Source of the DNA: Candidatus Latescibacterota bacterium
GTDB lineage: Bacteria; Latescibacterota; UBA2968; UBA8231
Assembly: GCA_965221775.1 (NCBI GenBank)
Contig: CBDCSU010000006.1
Location: 1,440,001 to 1,504,000, forward strand
Length of the DNA: 64,000 nt
Reading direction: 5' to 3'
The translations under genes and the position numbers were made by a program. The notes below the pieces were generated by a model. The model searched no databases. It was given only the letters and a program-made list of their open reading frames with translations, and was not told where the DNA came from. Shown piece by piece: positions 62,281 to 64,000 of the stretch. Positions within the stretch are counted from its first letter, which is position 1; every line of letters begins with the position of its first letter.

Positions 62281-63171
62281 TCAGTAGACGACCTTGTTGA
62301 GGGGGTACTCGATGATGCCCTCGGCGCCGCAGCGCTTGAGCCGCGGGATCAGGTCGCGGACGACGGTCTCGTCGGCGATGATCTCCACCGCCGCCCAGGC
62401 TTCGTCGGCCTGGCCGGAGACGGTGGGCGCGTGCAGGGCGGGCAGGTTCTGCATGACCTCGGCGAGGCGGTCGCGGGGGACGTTCATCTTCAGGCCCACC
62501 TTGGACTCGGCCTCCAGGGCGCCGAGGAGGAGGGTGAAGAGGTTCTCGGCCTTGCGCCGCTTCCAGCCGTCGGCCCAGGCGGCGTGGTTGGCGATGAAGC
62601 GGGTGGTGGACTCTAGCATGACCTCGACGACGCGCAGGCGGTTGGCGCGCAGGGAGGAGCCGGTCTCGGTGCAGTCGACGATGGCGTCGGCGACCCCGGG
62701 GATGCCGGCCTTGACCTCGGTCGTGCCCCAGGAGAACTCGACCTCGGCGTCGATGCCCCGGGCCTCGAGGAAACGGCGGGTGACGCCCACCAGCTCGGTG
62801 GCGATGCGCTTGCCGCGCAGGTCCTCCGCCGCCCGGATGGTAGAGTCCTCGGGGACGGCGATGACCCAGCGCATGGGCCGCGACGAGGTCTTGCTGTAGC
62901 GCAGCTCGCCGATCTCGTGGACGTCGGCTTCGCACTCCATGACCAGGTCGTGGCCGGTGACGCCCACGTCGACGACGCCGCGCTCGACATAGTGGGCGAT
63001 CTCCTGGGCGCGGAACATCATGCCCGACAACTCGGGGTCGTCGACCTCGGGCTCGTACGAGCGCGACGGCAGGTGGATGCGGTAGCCGGCGCGCTCGAAG
63101 AGGCGGAAGGTCGCCTGCTGCAGGCTGCCGGAGGGAAAGCCGATGCGCAGGCCGGGGGCGGACTCCGTCAT
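62281..63171 (-). CDS. hisG: ATP phosphoribosyltransferase (long form)
   Basis: RAQEI, GVTGHD, GTTE, DCTETGSSLRAN, C-terminal regulatory domain. Confidence 0.94.
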   Translation of the reverse strand: MTESAPGLRIGFPSGSLQQATFRLFERAGYRIHLPSRSYEPEVDDPELSGMMFRAQEIAHYVERGVVDVGVTGHDLVMECEADVHEIGELRYSKTSSRPMRWVIAVPEDSTIRAAEDLRGKRIATELVGVTRRFLEARGIDAEVEFSWGTTEVKAGIPGVADAIVDCTETGSSLRANRLRVVEVMLESTTRFIANHAAWADGWKRRKAENLFTLLLGALEAESKVGLKMNVPRDRLAEVMQNLPALHAPTVSGQADEAWAAVEIIADETVVRDLIPRLKRCGAEGIIEYPLNKVVY

Positions 63172-64000
63172 CCGGAGACCCGCGCGCCCGGGGCCGCCGC
63201 GGCCCCGGCGGCGAGGTTGTCGAGGGCACGGCCGGCCTCGCGGCGGTCCTCGTCGGTGCCGCCTTCGGCGAGGCGGCGCAGGGCGGGAGCGGCCGACGGC
63301 GGCGGGCCCATCTGCTCCAGGGAGCGAACCGCCTTGGTGCGGATGCTCTGGTAGGAGTCCCCGAGGCTGGCCACGAGGGCCTCCTCGACGGCGGCGCGCT
63401 CGGCGCCGGCCAGGGGCCCGGGCGAGCGGGGGGCGCGGCCGACGGCGGCCTGGCCGAGGGTCTGGACGGCGACGTGGCGCACCTTGGCCTCCTGGTCGCC
63501 GGCGAGGCGTATCAGGCCGTCGACCATGCCCTCGTACCCGAGGTGGCGGGCGCTGCCGAGGGCGGCGATGCGGATGCCGGGGACGGGGTCGTGGAAGGCG
63601 CGCTCGATCACCCCCCGCACGGAGTCGCCGAGGGCGGCGTGGAGGGTGTCGTCGAAGCAGGGGCCGAGGGCCTGCAGCACCGGCTTGCGGAGGATCTTGG
63701 ACGGGGTCTCCGCGAACCGCAGGAGCGACGGCAGGGCTTTCTTCGCCTTCATCTCCCCCAGACCCCAGGCGGCGTACGCGGCGACGTTGTAGGAGTCGTC
63801 GTCGAGGAGGCGGATGAGGGCGTCGGTGGCCCGGGGGTCGCGCATGCGGCCGAGGAGGCGGGCGACCTCGAAACGCACCCGCTTGTACGAGGATTGGGTC
63901 TCCTGGATGAGGCGGGGCACGACGCGGTCGCCGTAGAGCAGGAGCTTGCCCGCCGCCTTCTCGCGGACCTCGGACTGGAGGCTGCGCAGCAGCTGGATCT
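63168..64000 (-). CDS. HEAT-repeat protein, 5'-truncated by window edge
   Basis: Repeated VR..AA..LG units; frame open to the end of the window. Confidence 0.8.
   Translation of the reverse strand, partial: IQLLRSLQSEVREKAAGKLLLYGDRVVPRLIQETQSSYKRVRFEVARLLGRMRDPRATDALIRLLDDDSYNVAAYAAWGLGEMKAKKALPSLLRFAETPSKILRKPVLQALGPCFDDTLHAALGDSVRGVIERAFHDPVPGIRIAALGSARHLGYEGMVDGLIRLAGDQEAKVRHVAVQTLGQAAVGRAPRSPGPLAGAERAAVEEALVASLGDSYQSIRTKAVRSLEQMGPPPSAAPALRRLAEGGTDEDRREAGRALDNLAAGAAAAPGARVSG

Overview
High-GC bacterial chromosomal window. Nearly all genes are on the minus strand; the exception is a GT8 glycosyltransferase. It is mostly housekeeping: yejB/yejE-like ABC permeases, ilvE, rsmA, holB, tsaB, ruvCAB, yebC, an EF-G2 paralog, a full rRNA operon (16S-tRNA-Ile-23S-5S), L-rhamnose isomerase, pyrB, bamA-skp-fabZ, mcsA-mcsB-clpC, lolC/E-lolD, frameshifted prfB, lolA, ftsK, tsaD, a moaD-moaE fusion and hisG-hisD-hisB. 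The diderm envelope genes, FlgD/T9SS-like C-terminal domains and 16S signatures suggest an FCB-group lineage such as Latescibacterota; this is inference and was not checked. The most notable locus is at 59.2-60.3 kb. A two-TM protein with an EEGR-repeat tail carries an intragenic RBS+ATG and is followed by two tandem copies that each lost the membrane domain through different deletions, while keeping the promoter motif, RBS and tail. This resembles an Rpn-like intragenic-antitoxin system. Other highlights are a Panacea (DUF4065) antitoxin islet with a coupled candidate membrane toxin, a plant-type aspartate transcarbamoylase, a glycogenin-like GT8, a giant surface protein with dockerin-/cohesin-like modules and an acidic 15-nt repeat, and a 16S with 4 mismatches to the EUB338 site. 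Start codons were re-picked by eye from RBS and stop-start overlaps.
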